DNA from: Diadema antillarum | Lineage: Eukaryota | Direction: 5' to 3' | DNA: 64,000 nt | Assembly: GCF_040938485.1 (NCBI RefSeq) | Contig: NW_027271049.1 | Span: forward strand, 1 to 64,000 | In this document: piece after piece, positions 25,682-39,827 of the stretch | How the letters are laid out: every line of letters begins with the position of its first letter | Numbering within the stretch: the stretch's first letter is position 1 | Made by a program: the position numbers and the translations under genes | The notes under the pieces: generated by a model | What the model was told of the DNA's origin: nothing | Databases searched by the model: none | What the model saw: the letters and a program-made list of their open reading frames with translations, nothing else

Positions 25682-26238
25682 AGGACAAGTCCACCTTCAT
25701 ATACATGTGGATTGAGTGAATGCAGCAATTTTAGTAGAACACATCAGTGAAAGTTTGGGGAAAATCTGACAATCCGTTCACAAGTTATGAATTTTTAAAG
25801 TATCTGCGCAGTCACTGCTGGATGAGAAGACTACAGCAGTGTATGATGTCACATGCGTAGAACCATGTAAGGAAGATATAAAGAGAATATCTCAAAATAT
25901 TATTTTTGAAAAAAGTGCACATTTCCTCGACTTGTCACTGCCGTATGTGAAGGGTAATGTAATTCCCCCTGCATTCTGAAAGAGGCAAGGCAAGTGTTCT
26001 TTTATTATGCGAGAAAAGTGAAAATATGTTGATTTTTCTTTATATTTTCTTCATATTGTTGTACACATGTGACATCACAAGCTGTAGTAGTCTTCTCATC
26101 CAGCCTGACTGAGCAGAAACTTTAACAATTCATAACTTTTGAACGGATTGTCCGATTTTCCCCAAACTTTCATTGATGTGCTCTACTAATATTGCTGCAA
26201 TCACTCAAACCACATGTCTATGAAGGTGGACTTGTCCT
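25682..26238. mobile_element. TTAA-flanked Kolobok-like MITE; copy 3 of 3, inserted into a (GAAAT)n tract
   Basis: TTAA at 25678-25681 and 26239-26242, AGGACAAGTCCACCTTCATA...TATGAAGGTGGACTTGTCCT ends, inverted arms of roughly 200 bp. Confidence 0.9.
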
Positions 26239-26744
26239 TTAATGAAATGAAATGAAATGAAATGTATATTAAAATGTCTTAAAATGTAAAGGAATACAAG
26301 TGAGATCGGATAAACGCTCGTATGCTGGAACCGCTCACAAGCACATAAAGACATACTTTGTCTCGCTGAAAGGAAAAGAAAATGCTTCGTACTGCAAAAG
26401 CTTTGAAACTCAAATTTCTGTCCTCGGTATTTTCCTCTACTACAATGTTGCATTGATTTTGTGTAACTATGTATACGTTAATGTTTTGGTTTCATTGTAT
26501 TTTTGTCGGAAATAAAACAAATTAAATTATTCTTTTTTTATAATGACATTATCATTTTAGCAGAGCGTGTAGCGGCAATAAAATTAGTATTTACTCCTGC
26601 TTTAAACATTATTACAAAGCTGCCATTACAACCATTAAAACAGTATATGATTGGCGACTGCTATCAATTCATACCACAATTTTTATTTTTCATCTTCTTT
26701 TCTTTGAAACGTAATTCATCACGGAATGCTTAATGATTACTCAC

Positions 26745-26784
26745 CAAAATTTTTTGAATAGACGCTCATAATCCATTCGTTCAT
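26745..26784 (-). CDS. Candidate coding end of an alternative 5' exon (MNEWIMSVYSKNF, phase 1)
   Basis: Donor TTTG|GTGAGT (intron starts 26744). In-frame ATGs at 26784 and 26769. Lies downstream of a CpG-containing UTR-like stretch (to about 27330). Motif evidence only. Confidence 0.2.
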
Positions 26785-28763
26785 AAATCTTGATCACTCT
26801 CTACATTTCTCTGTTAATGTGCTAGTTTCAATTTTCGCCAGGTTGACCAGCTACGCTGAAGCTACGTTTAATCTGCTAGAGGATCCGAATATTTGTCTTG
26901 TATGGTTAGCCTCAGTAAGCTTACCCGTTTACGAAAACATCTCAGATCTTTGTTTCGTAGGATTTTTTAAAGGAATCTTTCTATTTAAATGTAGTGTACG
27001 TCACTTCTTTATCCTCTTGTGTACAATGGGAAGTTTGAATACTGGAGATTAAACATCAAAAAAGGAAGAACTGAACACGAAGAAGACGTCATAAATGTTT
27101 TGGAGCCTCCAGCGAACAAATTGTCCATTAGTGGACAAAGCAGGGAAAGGAACTGAAAACATGCGTGCAAAGCAAACATTTCGCGGGAAATTTTCGAGGC
27201 AACAATAACGAACTTCAAGGGAAAAATCGCTTCGTCGATGAGTGCTCGGTGTCTGTTCTATTTGTATCGAGATGAATTTTAAAGTCGGATCTGGTTTCAT
27301 TCATGCTGGCACGTGGGCCCGTATCCTCCGGCGAAATTCTTCTTTCTTCTTCTTCTTTTTCTTCTTTTTGATATTTTTGTCATGTTGGTGCAAAAGATAA
27401 GACATAGATTCCATTACGATTTGACAGATTTATGGGTTGTCTAAGTCTGAAGTCTGTTTAAATTGTTTGTGGTAAGAATCCTAGGATTCATTTGGTGCAT
27501 TTTTTGCCACCCCTTTCTTTCAGCCGTCATGCTTATAGTTACATGTCTAGTGGATTAGAATTTACTATGGGAGGACGGAGGGGGGGGGGGAGATATAGTT
27601 AGTTAGGTACCTATATCTTCACTTATATTCCTATTTCATTATTGTTCACAATTTTTCTCAATCATTCCACGTATATCATGATGAAAATTGAATACGAAGA
27701 TTGAAGACTGAATAAGTCTAGAGTTTGCATTGTGAAGGTTCCCTCAGGAAAGGAAAAAGTATGATACATGATTCGAGAAAGTGAGAGATAATGGGATATA
27801 ATATATACACACACATGTGAAAACAAAAATACTCCCATGAACATGATACACACTATGATGGATGATAGATAGATGGGTAGACTGATAGAAAAAAAAGAAA
27901 TGTAGATAGCTAGGGAAATAGATAAATAGATATATTAATGATAGACAGGTAGATAGATAGATAGATAGATAGACAGATAAATTGATAGATTGATAGATGG
28001 ATTGATAGATATATAGAAAGTTAAATAAAAATGAGTGGAAAGTGAGAGACGGAGAGAGATATGAAGATAGATAGAGAAATGGAGATAGAGAGAGAAAGAA
28101 AGACATCAGAAGGGTTCAAAGGATGGGCAAATAGCAAATTGGGATAGGGATAGTTATTTGGAGACGATGACTTTGTAAAGATGCAGGAATAAACTGAATT
28201 ATTTGAGTGAGTGAATGGGGGCAAGTGATTACCAGCTGAGTTGGAATACATCGGGAGAAAAAGGAAAAACGTTTCTCCTTTTTTTATTTGTCTGCCATAA
28301 AGAATGTGTAAAGGGCATCGGACAAAGTTTGGTGGATGTAAGCCTAGGACGTAATGTTTTCTATTATCTTTGAAGACCACTCCCATATTTTACCCTTAAA
28401 TTCAATTAAAGGAGATCTGTACCAAACAAACGGGCCGGCTAATTGCATATCGATTGTTTAAGTGCCGTCGGTATGAAACGCGGTGTTCTCAAGGTAACAG
28501 CGGATCCTTCATTATGAAAAATCTGGCTTATATCATTAGCTTCAGCTTCAAAAGAGCGGCAAGAAAAATGACACGCAACATTACAGGTCTTCGTCCGTGA
28601 TTTGACGAACGGGCCAGTACCAGCGTCCAAATGCTGCGCAGTCTTGGAACGCGGTAATCGTATGCGCATTCGAGCGCGAGTAATACGTAGGAATTGTCGC
28701 GTACAAGGGAAAGCGGATTTTTTTTTCTTGCCTACTTTCATTTTGCATGCGCGCGCACCTCAC

Positions 28764-28839
28764 CGAATCAGCAAGCGCTCCTTCAATGTCATCTGGCTTG
28801 GAGTATGAATCGAAGAGCGCATCATATGGCCTGCTACAT
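28764..28839 (-). other. Candidate 76-nt exon (open frame CSRPYDALFDSYSKPDDIEGALADS)
   Basis: Acceptor TTCCATTTCAG| and donor TCG|GTGAGG inside a CpG-rich island. No homology recognised. Confidence 0.2.
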
Positions 28840-29137
28840 CTGAAATGGAAATCTATATTCCGTTGCGAGCTAATCACAACCTTGACCACATTTTGCCATT
28901 CCCGATATTTCTTCCTTCCTCGTCTTTGTTCCTCCTCTTCCTCCTCCTTTCTCTCTTTCTTTTTTTTTTTCTCTCTCTGTCTTCTCCTCTCAGACTTTGA
29001 TTTCTCTTGTCCTGATTACGACAAATGCAACAGACTTTGCCCATAAAGATGGGGATTTTTTTTCTTCTTCTTTTCAATCGATTGTCGAGATTCTGCATCT
29101 CCGCACGCTGTTTAATTTCATTGCGCTCGCTACTCAC

Positions 29138-29230
29138 CTGACGCTCTTCACACGCAAACCCGGCAGTGTCCCGTGGGGCAGCGCCAATGAGGCGGATGCT
29201 TGAACGCGCGCGCACCATGGGCCCTCATAG
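29138..29230 (-). promoter_or_regulatory. Candidate promoter and short first exon
   Basis: Consensus donor TCAG|GTGAGT (intron starts 29137), CCAAT at 29184-29188, inside a CpG-rich island spanning about 28430-29570. Confidence 0.35.
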
Positions 29231-30432
29231 TGCATGCATAATCGTGCAATATCAACGAGATAGATCACATCGCACCCTGCTAATATCAAGAGATTTTTGA
29301 GAGAGGAAATATATATATTGGCGACGGGGAAAAGGAGGGAGCTTGATGGATATAGCTGGTTCGTAGGTGGTCCCGGCATGAAACAGCGAGCGAGGTGTTC
29401 GTCAGGAATCATGTCGTACACCCTACGTGTGAAGTAAACGTAACAGAAGCCGACGGGGCCAGGCCAGGCGATAACCGAGGAGAGCATAGAAAGAACGAAG
29501 TCACTCCTCCCCTGCGTTGCCGATTTACGTGCAACACGAGTTTAAAAATGAACTTTCCCCCTCCGTCTTTTGACGCATAATATTTGTTTTCTCATTTAGC
29601 TCCGAACAAAATGTAACATAGAAAACGTATAATTGATATATCCTCATTTATTGCAGAAAGTTTTTGCTTTTGTTTTTTTTAAATCGAAATGAAAATATCA
29701 TTGATCTTAGCAACCTGAATTGAATAGTGAGCATTCTGCCTTCAAATTTGGTTACGCAGTGTCGTGTCCTTTTGTGGAGCAGTTTCGACAATCAACATTA
29801 TTTTGACTTACTCAGTGGTGCTAACACAACGTGATCAAAATTTTAAGCGCAGGAATCGGTCAGCTAAATTTTACTGCAGTGGCAGCAATTTGTATACATA
29901 GCTACACAACTGGGGAAATACAGTAGATTACGAAAATAATAGGACAAATTTGTTGCACTGAAAAAAGCCGGCCTAAAATATCCTTTACAGTGACACAAAA
30001 TGAAAGCAATAATGCAAGCGTATGGCTTAAGAAAGGGATATATTTGAGCTGCACATTTTTATAGATATTTCACCATTCAATTTCCACAGATTAGCCTGTT
30101 CCATAATACTGTATTCTAAAATCCCCATAGACTTAATACACAGGCCACCAGATATCCATATGGAATGGGTTTAGAAGTGTTACGATTCTCCCTTAATACA
30201 TTTTTACCACACTAGCAGTCTGTACCTCAGACTATAGGGCGACTGTTCACAAACACTTTAACATCTCCCGTAGATAGCAGCTTCCCCGATCAATCTCTAC
30301 AACTGTATTTCCCTCGATGATATGACTTTAGCGTCGGCTTGGAATCAATATTAATCAAAAAATAATCTTGTCAGTATAGTAATGTACGGAAGCATTATGT
30401 AAACATATAGATATCCGAATATAAACATAAAT

Positions 30433-30461
30433 GTATATATTGTATATATATATATATATAT

Positions 30462-30507
<46 letters not shown>

Positions 30508-30522
30508 TATTTATATATATAT
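30433..30522. repeat. Interrupted (TA)n microsatellite
   Basis: Direct tandem units. Confidence 0.95.
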
Positions 30523-33104
30523 GAACTTTTTCTTTGCATTCAACTGATGTTTTTCTTGTGAGGGGCCCCACATCCTACAAGCTTTGTCTTTTCAGTGGGT
30601 CTCTCCATTTTTCGAATTATGCATATTGTTTACTTATTTCTAATCACTTGACTTTTATGATAATGTATAATTATCGTAAGGTGCTACAATCATTGTACAT
30701 TCTTTTCATCCTACATAGTTTTACGCACCTTATTTTCTGTTACCAAAAAAAAAGAAGTGATGTCTATATGTTCTTGTCGAAAAATGAAATAAAAAATTGA
30801 ATTGAACTGACTTGAATTGAATTGATGACCCTATTGTGATACATGGAATAAGTGACATGTCAACGTCTCTTAAAGTGACAATAGTATTTCATATATCTCA
30901 CTGAATTTGGATACACTGGACTTTTAAGAGAATTTTCAAAGATGCGGACAGTTACTTTATCTTAATGTTTAATGTTTCAAGTGATCAGTAGTTAAGATCA
31001 TAAGGAGAATGTTATAACTAATCGAAAGTTGTATAGGCAACTTTAAACAATCAAGCAATGCACAAGGAAACACGAGATGAGCCGACTGGTTTCCAAAAAT
31101 CGCTCCACCACCGCCTCCCCCTTGCCCCTTCTTTTCTCTTTTCAGGCTCGCGCTAGTTGTACTCACGGTCATAATTTTCAAATAATTGATGCTCGCAACC
31201 TCGTGTTATTTTAGTCTAAGATTTCCCTCCTGTCTAATTGAGCAGCTACATTCCCATGAAATTGTCCCTGCCAAAAACAACAAGGTTTGAGGGGTAATGG
31301 GAGGCGAAGTATCAATTCATCCGGTTAAAATCCGTGATATATCTGGGGGCTGAAATGATTAGCACTCTTCTTCTCCTCCTCCTTCCCCCCCCCCCTTCCT
31401 CCCTCCCATCTTCATCTCTGATTCCCTAGCCCATATACAAAACCAGCTTCGCCTCCTCTTCTCCCCTCCGTTACGCAAAGTGAGTTGGCACGTAGTCGCC
31501 ACACGCTAATTACTGGAACCAAAAGGGGAACATGAAACACGATAGTGCGAGTGGTGGTAAAAATATGAAACATCCAGCGCATATACCAAAAACAACTGGA
31601 GGGGGAGAGGACGAAGTGTCTTGGAGCGTCTGTGGAGAAAGAATAATCTGTCACGCCTCGCTGACGTAAATTTTCTGGGTTTTTTTTTTCTTCCTCAAAA
31701 GGCCTTGAACTCAAGTCGTTTCACGCCACTCGTACAGGCAGAGAAGACGTTTATCGTTACAATGCAAAATTATACACTTATCGGGTAAGGAAATGTATTT
31801 TGATTTATTTGTGAAGAGAGCATAACAAAATAAAAGAATGTGGAGAACCTCAAGAAGCATGGACCACTTATTGTTAGAGATGATGCATACAAGGTGGCTG
31901 TCAGAGAGTAGCTGTGTTTCATTCCTTTTTATCTTGAGCGGAGTTACATGCATTTCTTTGTTATTTCTTTTGAGTTGGTTGCTTGGTTGGTGTCAGTTAT
32001 CTTCTACGGAAGCATATCCATCGTCAACACTGAGCGATTATTCACTTATTCATCATTAATCCGAGAGACCTTATAAGAACATAAGATATCACTTTTCCTG
32101 TGAATTGACGTCACATTTTGGAAAATCCGTCAAATATTCTTTCCATTACCTATAATCATGACATGTTTGTATGAATATATATGTATGTATACTAATATAA
32201 ATAAATATATATATATATAGTTACATATATACATATATTTACTTTTATATACATATATTTATGTGTGTTTGTGTGTGTGCATTTTATATAATACAAATCA
32301 ATTGAAAGATACATATAGGCATAGATATTATATCATCTGTAAACATCGCATCACATGTTACGATTTTCTCATTATTGTGTGGAGTAATGCATTTGAGAGA
32401 ATATCGGCAGAGGTTTTCTCACAAAGGACCACACACTTCGGCTTGCGTGTCCTTAGCTTAGAGCGGTGCAACTGGTCAAGCACATCGACAAATTGAGGTA
32501 ATTTCCCTTCCAGCGCCGACTAATCCCGTGTCACATCTGTACGAATTAATTTCTTTGCAGTAAATTATCGACTTTTTAGCTCGGGCAATGCCCAGTTTTG
32601 ATTTCCCCCCTTCCTCCTTGTCCGAGCGTTTCTGAAGCCGACGTAGCGCTCTCAGTAAATCTTTATCACAATATTTTCTTTTCCGTAGCCCCCATTCTCT
32701 TATTAATAACCGCATTTCTCTCTCTCTCTCTCTCTTTTCTTTTTCTCCCCAAGTTCGTATTGTGGTCTGTCCTGTTTTTAATTCTTGCAAAAGAGACGGA
32801 ACAGAGGAACTAAGGTTAATTCTCTTGTACGCTTGTCACCTGCGGTTTCTGGATCGATATTAAGCACACGAACTCTGCTCGTTATAAGCTGAAAACAACA
32901 CTACCTTCGGCAGAATTTTTCAGCAGTTTCCCATCGCTATCCGTGCTTGACATTTGCTTGATGACAGTCAAGCTACGGACGTTACGGGTGCGAGGAGGAC
33001 GATGGATGTATTATACACAGAAAGCCAAACAATCAAAAGCAACACAATTGCATCGGTAGCACAATAGCACTCTCAAAACAACAACAACAACAACAACAGC
33101 AACA

Positions 33105-33153
33105 ATGTCACATTGGGAAATTAGACCGCGTCGTGACAAACACGTCGAACACA
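33105..33153 (+). CDS. Candidate coding end of a first exon (MSHWEIRPRRDKHVEH, phase 1)
   Basis: ATG in AACAATG context after a (CAA)n-containing UTR-like leader. Donor CACA|GTAAGT at 33154. Motif evidence only. Confidence 0.22.
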
Positions 33154-33372
33154 GTAAGTTGACCATTATCATAATAGGTATAGGTACATGCTGGTTCGTT
33201 ATATTACACTAACACTTACTCTTTCAAATACACACAAACACGCATGATAGTGGATCTTTGTACAAACACATGACATAAAATAGGACAGTTAATATTGCTA
33301 CCATAATCGTCATATTCATAAGCATTATCATTCATGATGCTATGTATGTGTATGTATATGTATATGAATTTT

Positions 33373-33532
33373 ATAGCAATAATAATGTCACAACAGAGGA
33401 ATGTATTAAATACCAATCTTGATTTTAATTAAAAATCCGAATTTTCGGGTGTCCTCCCCCTTCGTTGGATTTTTAATTAAAATCAAGATTGGCATTTAAT
33501 GCATTCCTCTGTTGTGACATTATTATTGCTAT
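33373..33532. mobile_element. 160-bp near-perfect fold-back element (probable palindromic MITE)
   Basis: 66-bp arms at 33373-33438 and 33467-33532 with 2 mismatches and a 28-nt GC-richer loop. Confidence 0.85.
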
Positions 33533-33561
33533 TTCTAGTACTGCCAATACGAGAAGCAACT

Positions 33562-33565
<4 letters not shown>

Positions 33566-33611
<46 letters not shown>

Positions 33612-33662
33612 TATATATTATTATTATCATTATTATTATTATTATAATCATCATTATTATTA
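33566..33662. repeat. (TA)n followed by (TAT)n microsatellite
   Basis: Direct tandem units. Confidence 0.95.
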
Positions 33663-35234
33663 CATGCTGGTATCTTTAAAGTTATTCTTCAAAGTAAGTA
33701 TCTCGCTCCGATTTATTGGTGTATTTTATTATTTTCATTAAGGTCATGCTGGATGAAACACAAAGCAACACAACAAAAAACGAAAACAAATAAAACAACA
33801 AATATTTCCATGGAAAATTTAAAACAAAAGAAGTATTTAGAAATACCCTTCCGTATCGCTTTGAATTGCATAAGAGCTGTAACAGACGAAGATTTGATAT
33901 TAGGATAAAAACAACATACTGACTCAAAGATTTGAGTGAAAGGTTTGAGTCAGCAACAAAACTCTTTCTGGCTTATCATTTATATCACTCGACGAATCGA
34001 CGACGATACATCGTCACACCAAAAGGTGGATTTTTTCCAAGATGACAGTGATTTTCGTCGAGTGTATGCCATGAATTGTTCAGAATGCTATTATGGAGAG
34101 CGTAAAGTAACATATTGATTGAAAAGATTGACTGTGGAGATTAGCGTTATGACTATATTGTAACATAACAAAACATTGCAACCACAGAAAGAGAAATGAA
34201 AACCCTGCTGCAAAATTCTGCGCACAACAGCGCAGCGGGTGAAGTGTGGTGTGTTGTCGGTACGGATGCCTGCTCGCTGCGGGATGCTCTCTGCTTCACA
34301 GCACTATTTACACAGTATAACGGCCCGCTCCCGTTCGTTCGTGCCTCTCTCACTGCTTTCTACTCAGAAAAATTCTCTTTCCAATCCATAGATATTAGCT
34401 GCCAACACGCACACACACGCGCGCGCGAGGTTTAACTCCTCCACGTACGCACGGACGTCTCTGTACCGTATTGCGCTTGCCCCTAGCTGATTAAGACCTG
34501 GCCTCTCTGGAATCGATAGCTGAATATAACATTCTTCCTAAGCATCGACAAATTGAATTACAGAAACTACTATTTCATTAATTCAGGGCGAACTGCTTCC
34601 CATTCCAGGCCGGGCAACCCTCCCCCCACAAGTATATCCACTCATAACGTCGAATTAGAAGCTGCCAGTCCGTTAGGTATGATTCACGTCACTGTGAGAT
34701 GGCCGAGGTATCGCGAGCAATAAAGCGAGATGAGCTGTTTATAGGCGCATGAATTTAATTTCGCGCAGGAGTTGATAGGTTGGGTGGCTTTGTCTTATTG
34801 CTTCAGAGAATGGATATAGACGCCAACTGGTGGATAGCTCCGACGTCCTAGTAGAATTCACAAAGAAGGGTTGTAACACATTTTGCCAATAACGAATAGC
34901 AGCACTGCAACATAAGGCAGCAATATTCTTTACGTTCAGTCACATCTCACATTTTTCTTCATTTTTTTTTCCATTTTTTTTCTCTCTGATTGCTACTTAT
35001 GACCCTTGAATACTCGAAGGCAAGGCAACAGAAAACCTGCTGAGGATTTGTCACATTATAGCCTTTGTTTTTAATGAGAATGACACCTACATGTATGAGA
35101 AGTTGAGGTATGCAGAGTTGTATGTTGCCAATTGGTAAAAAACAAAGAACGCTAATCACTGTGATGTATGGCATTTCTATATCAACCGCATATATTATCA
35201 AACATTACATAATCCACTATCATAAATACTTTTA

Positions 35235-35245
35235 GACACCCTGTA
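35235..35245. mobile_element. Orphan right terminus of a Tc1/mariner-like element
   Basis: GACACCCTG|TA, the same end as the element at 37818-38349. No matching left end seen nearby. Confidence 0.35.
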
Positions 35246-35300
35246 ATGTAGAATTGGGGACATGGGGGGGGGGGAGAAGGAGAGAGCTAAGATAGTGATA

Positions 35301-35470
35301 TGGACCCCATTTCATGAAAGCTGTTAGGATAGCAATTCTTGCTAGTAACATATCAAGTACTTGCAGCAACATCAGCAGCCAATCAGGAGGTAGGATACCT
35401 CTCGTTACCATGACACCTGCCATTGCAGCAAGTGTCGGTATCATAGCAACTGTCTCTGAAATAGGATCCT
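35301..35470. mobile_element. Small degenerate MITE
   Basis: GGACCCCATTTCATGAAAGCTGTTAGGATA vs reverse complement of the right end GGATCCTATTTCAGAGACAGTTGCTATGATA. Internal AGCCAATCAG. Confidence 0.5.
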
Positions 35471-37817
35471 GGAGAGAGGGGTGGAGTTATCTAAAACCGA
35501 GAATTTCAGCATTAATAAGTCAATCACCCATCCCTCTTTCTTCTTTCTACATATTGTATGTGAGGACATGATGTTTCAAATTCAATTTCAAGCAGGGTAC
35601 CAATATGAGGGGAATCTTCAATTAGACAAATAAGAGCACTTTATGTTTTAGTGAATAGTCGATAGATACAAAGTGCTTTTGACATTCGCGGGTAATCAGA
35701 ATGATGGTTCTAGGTGCATTCCTCTCCAATGAACTTTTAGGCGTTAACTGCCTAGGTCAGTTCTCACGGCACAGGTAAGCGCGTTTCCGTTATTTTCTAT
35801 ACCTTCGGTGATTACTTCAACACCTTTTATTATTCAAGGACACAATAGCACGACTGGTTTGTTCGTTGCCTCAATCAAAACTATAAACGTTTTTGTCGTC
35901 CTTTGACGGAAAAAAAAAAGAATCAATTGTATGACATATTTTGGTTCCGATAACGTCTGTATGTGTTTGCCGTTTTCCGTCCCAAATTATAGCAATAACA
36001 GACGAGTTACTTAAACAGGAAATATGACTTGATCGGGCTGGTTATCGTCAAACTCTGACCCTAGATATTTCCCAAGGGGGTTGCACTTTCCTGACGTTCA
36101 AATGGACATTCGTGGCAATTAATTGAAGAATAAAACAAATGTCAATTTTTGTTTTTAATGTTTAATCTCAGAACTTTGTAAGATTTTGTAAGCATGGTAC
36201 ATGGAAACTCCATATACAGCTGAAAGACTGGAGTAAACATCATTAATATTCGAGGAGGTGAATTTGAATGGAACTCTTCAATGTATAAAGATTGTCACTG
36301 TAACACCCAAGGCGACATTTATAATGTACTTTATTATAGTTACTTTTATATTGTAAGTTTACCTGAGGCCTATAATCTCTCTAGTCAGACAGTGGTTATG
36401 GAGATGGTTCCCTGCACTTAAAATTATTTTTGTCAAACTTTATTTGAAATGTTCCCTCTATGATAATGTACCCTTATTTGATATTCCTATTCTTTTTTAT
36501 AAGGTTTAATTCCCTGCCATTGTAGGCCTACTACACACACACATAAAGAAAAATCATACAATCAAACTTGTTAAATTTTGTAATGCATTGTGGATTGCAG
36601 GAATAAAATTTAACTGAATTGAATTTGATTTCATCAAGATGAATATGAGGTAATTCCGCATTCAGAAATAGGGTATGCTAAGCATCATGAAACAATCAAT
36701 CAATATAATGATGATTTGACATGTTCCTACATTTCATCGCAGATGAGGCCCAAAGCAAAACATTAAAAGAAAATTACAACAAAGGCAAGTGTCTGCAAAT
36801 TCTTATGCCTTTTTTCTTATCCTCCATTTCTTCTTCAACATCTTCTTCCTCTTCATCACTTCCTTGTCCCAGATGAGTTCTCACAATATGACCGTCGTAC
36901 TGTACCAACATACCATAATTTCATTTATATATCTTTATATTTATCCATAATGTACTTTCTCTTTGCTACTATGATTTCTACCAGGATCTGTATGAGCAAG
37001 GAGGTATGAACTTCTATTTTACTGCTTCTCTGGAATATTTTAACCCCTGAATCCCTTCTATCAGTCAGTTTTGAATTGCTATATTGTTAAAATATTTACA
37101 CTTTGGGTTGAGATTGGGATTCAGGTTTTAACTTTTTGCAAGATAATTAGAAACCACTTATATTATGACATATCAAGAGCATGCAATTTTAAGAGAAACT
37201 GAAAGTTTAATTGTTAAAAATCGCTTTTGAAATGGCTGGGATCCCCTCCAAAAATAGCAAAACAAAGCGATCCTTATGAAAGGTGGTCCGGCCCACCTTT
37301 TATTAGGACCAATAGTTCCCAATTTCAGAATCATTTTCCCATGTCCTCCGGCTTCCATATCTTTTCTCCAAGGTTCTGGTTCTGACAGGACAAAATATTT
37401 TTTTTTTCAAATTTCATTTTATCTTCTTCTTTTTTTATGGGGGGGGGGGGGGGCTGACAGCCTTTGCGCAAGCGGCAACAAAAACAAATAAGCACTCATC
37501 GTCCAAGATATTCATCTATATGCGATCATAAACGGAGAGGCCCCGCTAAAATTGGGAACAACTACTTTTTCCCATTTTTTTTTCCTGTTCAGTTTTTACA
37601 TCTTTTATTTCTTTTTTTTTCAAAGCGTCGTCGACCTTTGCAAACAATAAAAAAGAAGAATATAACGATGATAATGAATAATGCTGAACGTTCGCTGGCC
37701 GTGTCCATGACCTTCTGTCATTATTAGTTACTTTAATGCACTGTCTTCTCTTTTTTTCCCCTCTCTTCGTTTGGCGCCACGAACTCTTCCCGCGAATGAG
37801 GCTACAAGCAACCTCTA

Positions 37818-38349
37818 CAGGGTGTGATAAAAAAAATCTACTATATGATGCAATAATGTTGTCCTGCACTGCCTTGAAGGGACATGTCATATAGTATATT
37901 GTTATGCATTGTAATGTATATGAGATCTAGAATAATGATGCAATATTTTTTGATGCGATGCAACTACAACATCTCCAAGTGGATCAATCAACTTCGGAAA
38001 ACTAGAAACGTTGACTGCGTCTGTCAGGCATGCCTGGCAATACTCGTTTATTACGTACATTATCATAGATCCTATACATGTATATCTTTTATATCGAAGA
38101 TATACATTATTATGGTTACACAGTTTTGTCAATGTCATTACTATATATCTCCTGTTATTTTGTTGTGATTATTTTTTTCTTTTTTTTTTTTGCACCCTTG
38201 TAGTGGGTAACATTTGATTGCTTACATAAACTGCACAATAACGTATGATGAAAAAAGATCTTCTTTCACAATATAAAAAACAACTGAGCTTATTTCCGTT
38301 ATTGACAGTTTCTAAATATAATCATATACCATTTTTGGGGGACACCCTG
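37818..38349. mobile_element. Non-autonomous Tc1/mariner-like element
   Basis: TA|CAGGGTGTG...GACACCCTG|TA with TA duplication at 37816-37817 and 38350-38351. No transposase ORF. Confidence 0.75.
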
Positions 38350-39055
38350 TACAAGGTGTGGGTGCGTTATGACGTGCAGACAACAAGGTCATGACACAAT
38401 GACGGGAAGAGCTTCTGCTGTCTGCTTAAGACAAAACGAGAGAGAAAGAGGGTGGAGCGCGCCTTTTTTTTTCTTTCCCCCTCAAGACGTATTCACGATG
38501 TGGCTTTGTGTACCGTTCCCTTATGACTCCAGAATCGCGAGTTGTGTCTGTCGGCCTTGGGAAATGTATAGAGCGGACAATGGCGGGAGGAGATATGACA
38601 CGTCGGTTATCGTCTGTTCATCTTCGGGCCTCGATTTGTCTATAGCCCGAGTATACGGTGTGGTATGAAGTTGTGTCGAGAGTACATGCCGGCGACCGAA
38701 TAAAACCTGCTATCTCTTTCTCAAAAGAAAGAAAGGGGGGAAAAAGGACACGCCGTCCAATTTCAACGCTGGCCTAGTTTTACCCGCCTAGTGTGCCAGT
38801 TTAAAATGTCGAACAATTTACCCATCCCTCTCCGTGGCAATAGAGCTGCATCGACACCATTGTTTGTCGGAGTTTAGTTTGATCTTCCAAACAAAATGTC
38901 ATTGTGAAGTTCATATATCTTCTTTCTAAACAGTCTTCTCTTTATCTATATACCATATTTACATTTACAAATATATATGTACATAATACATATATTTACA
39001 TAAATATATGTAGTCCTGTAATACATGTATATATAATCATATTATACTTACATAC

Positions 39056-39098
<43 letters not shown>

Positions 39099-39786
39099 AG
39101 GATTTAAGTATATCAATATCTACTCGTATATTCATCTGTTCATATTGTTGCATGTATAAGTAGATCGTATTAATTATTTTACGTGTGCGTCTATTACAGA
39201 TAGATACTCATTCATGTCATACGAAATATGTAAATTATGTTTACATTATATGAACTATATATTTACATACAGACACACACATACACACACACACACACAG
39301 ATACACACACATTATAAAATTGCTCTTTTTTGCATAAATATCTAAGTTACTTTTCACTTTTCGTCTGGCATTGAACAGGGTTGTATGAAACGTACTAAGA
39401 TGTAATGAATATTGAGCCGAACACCCATGTTATTTGATTCAGTCATTGGACATCATTATTGTTTTATGGGCAAAGATTTATAGAGCATTTAATTTCCGGA
39501 ATGAGATTAAGATGAAAAACTGCTGGCGCGGACAAAAAGTGACATTATATCGTTAAAATGAATCACTAGAATCAGTTCAAAAAATTTTCTGCCGTTGCAT
39601 TATCATTCATTTATTTATTTATTCATCTATCTACTTACCTATTCATTTATTCTTTTTGTAACAGTAGATCGCAACACTGGCTTTCCTTTGTGCAAACAAT
39701 AAGAAAGCTTCAACAAGATTCCATAGTCACCGTTCCACTAAACACACGCACGAACCCACATAGACAAACATACATACAGACAGACA

Positions 39787-39827
<41 letters not shown>

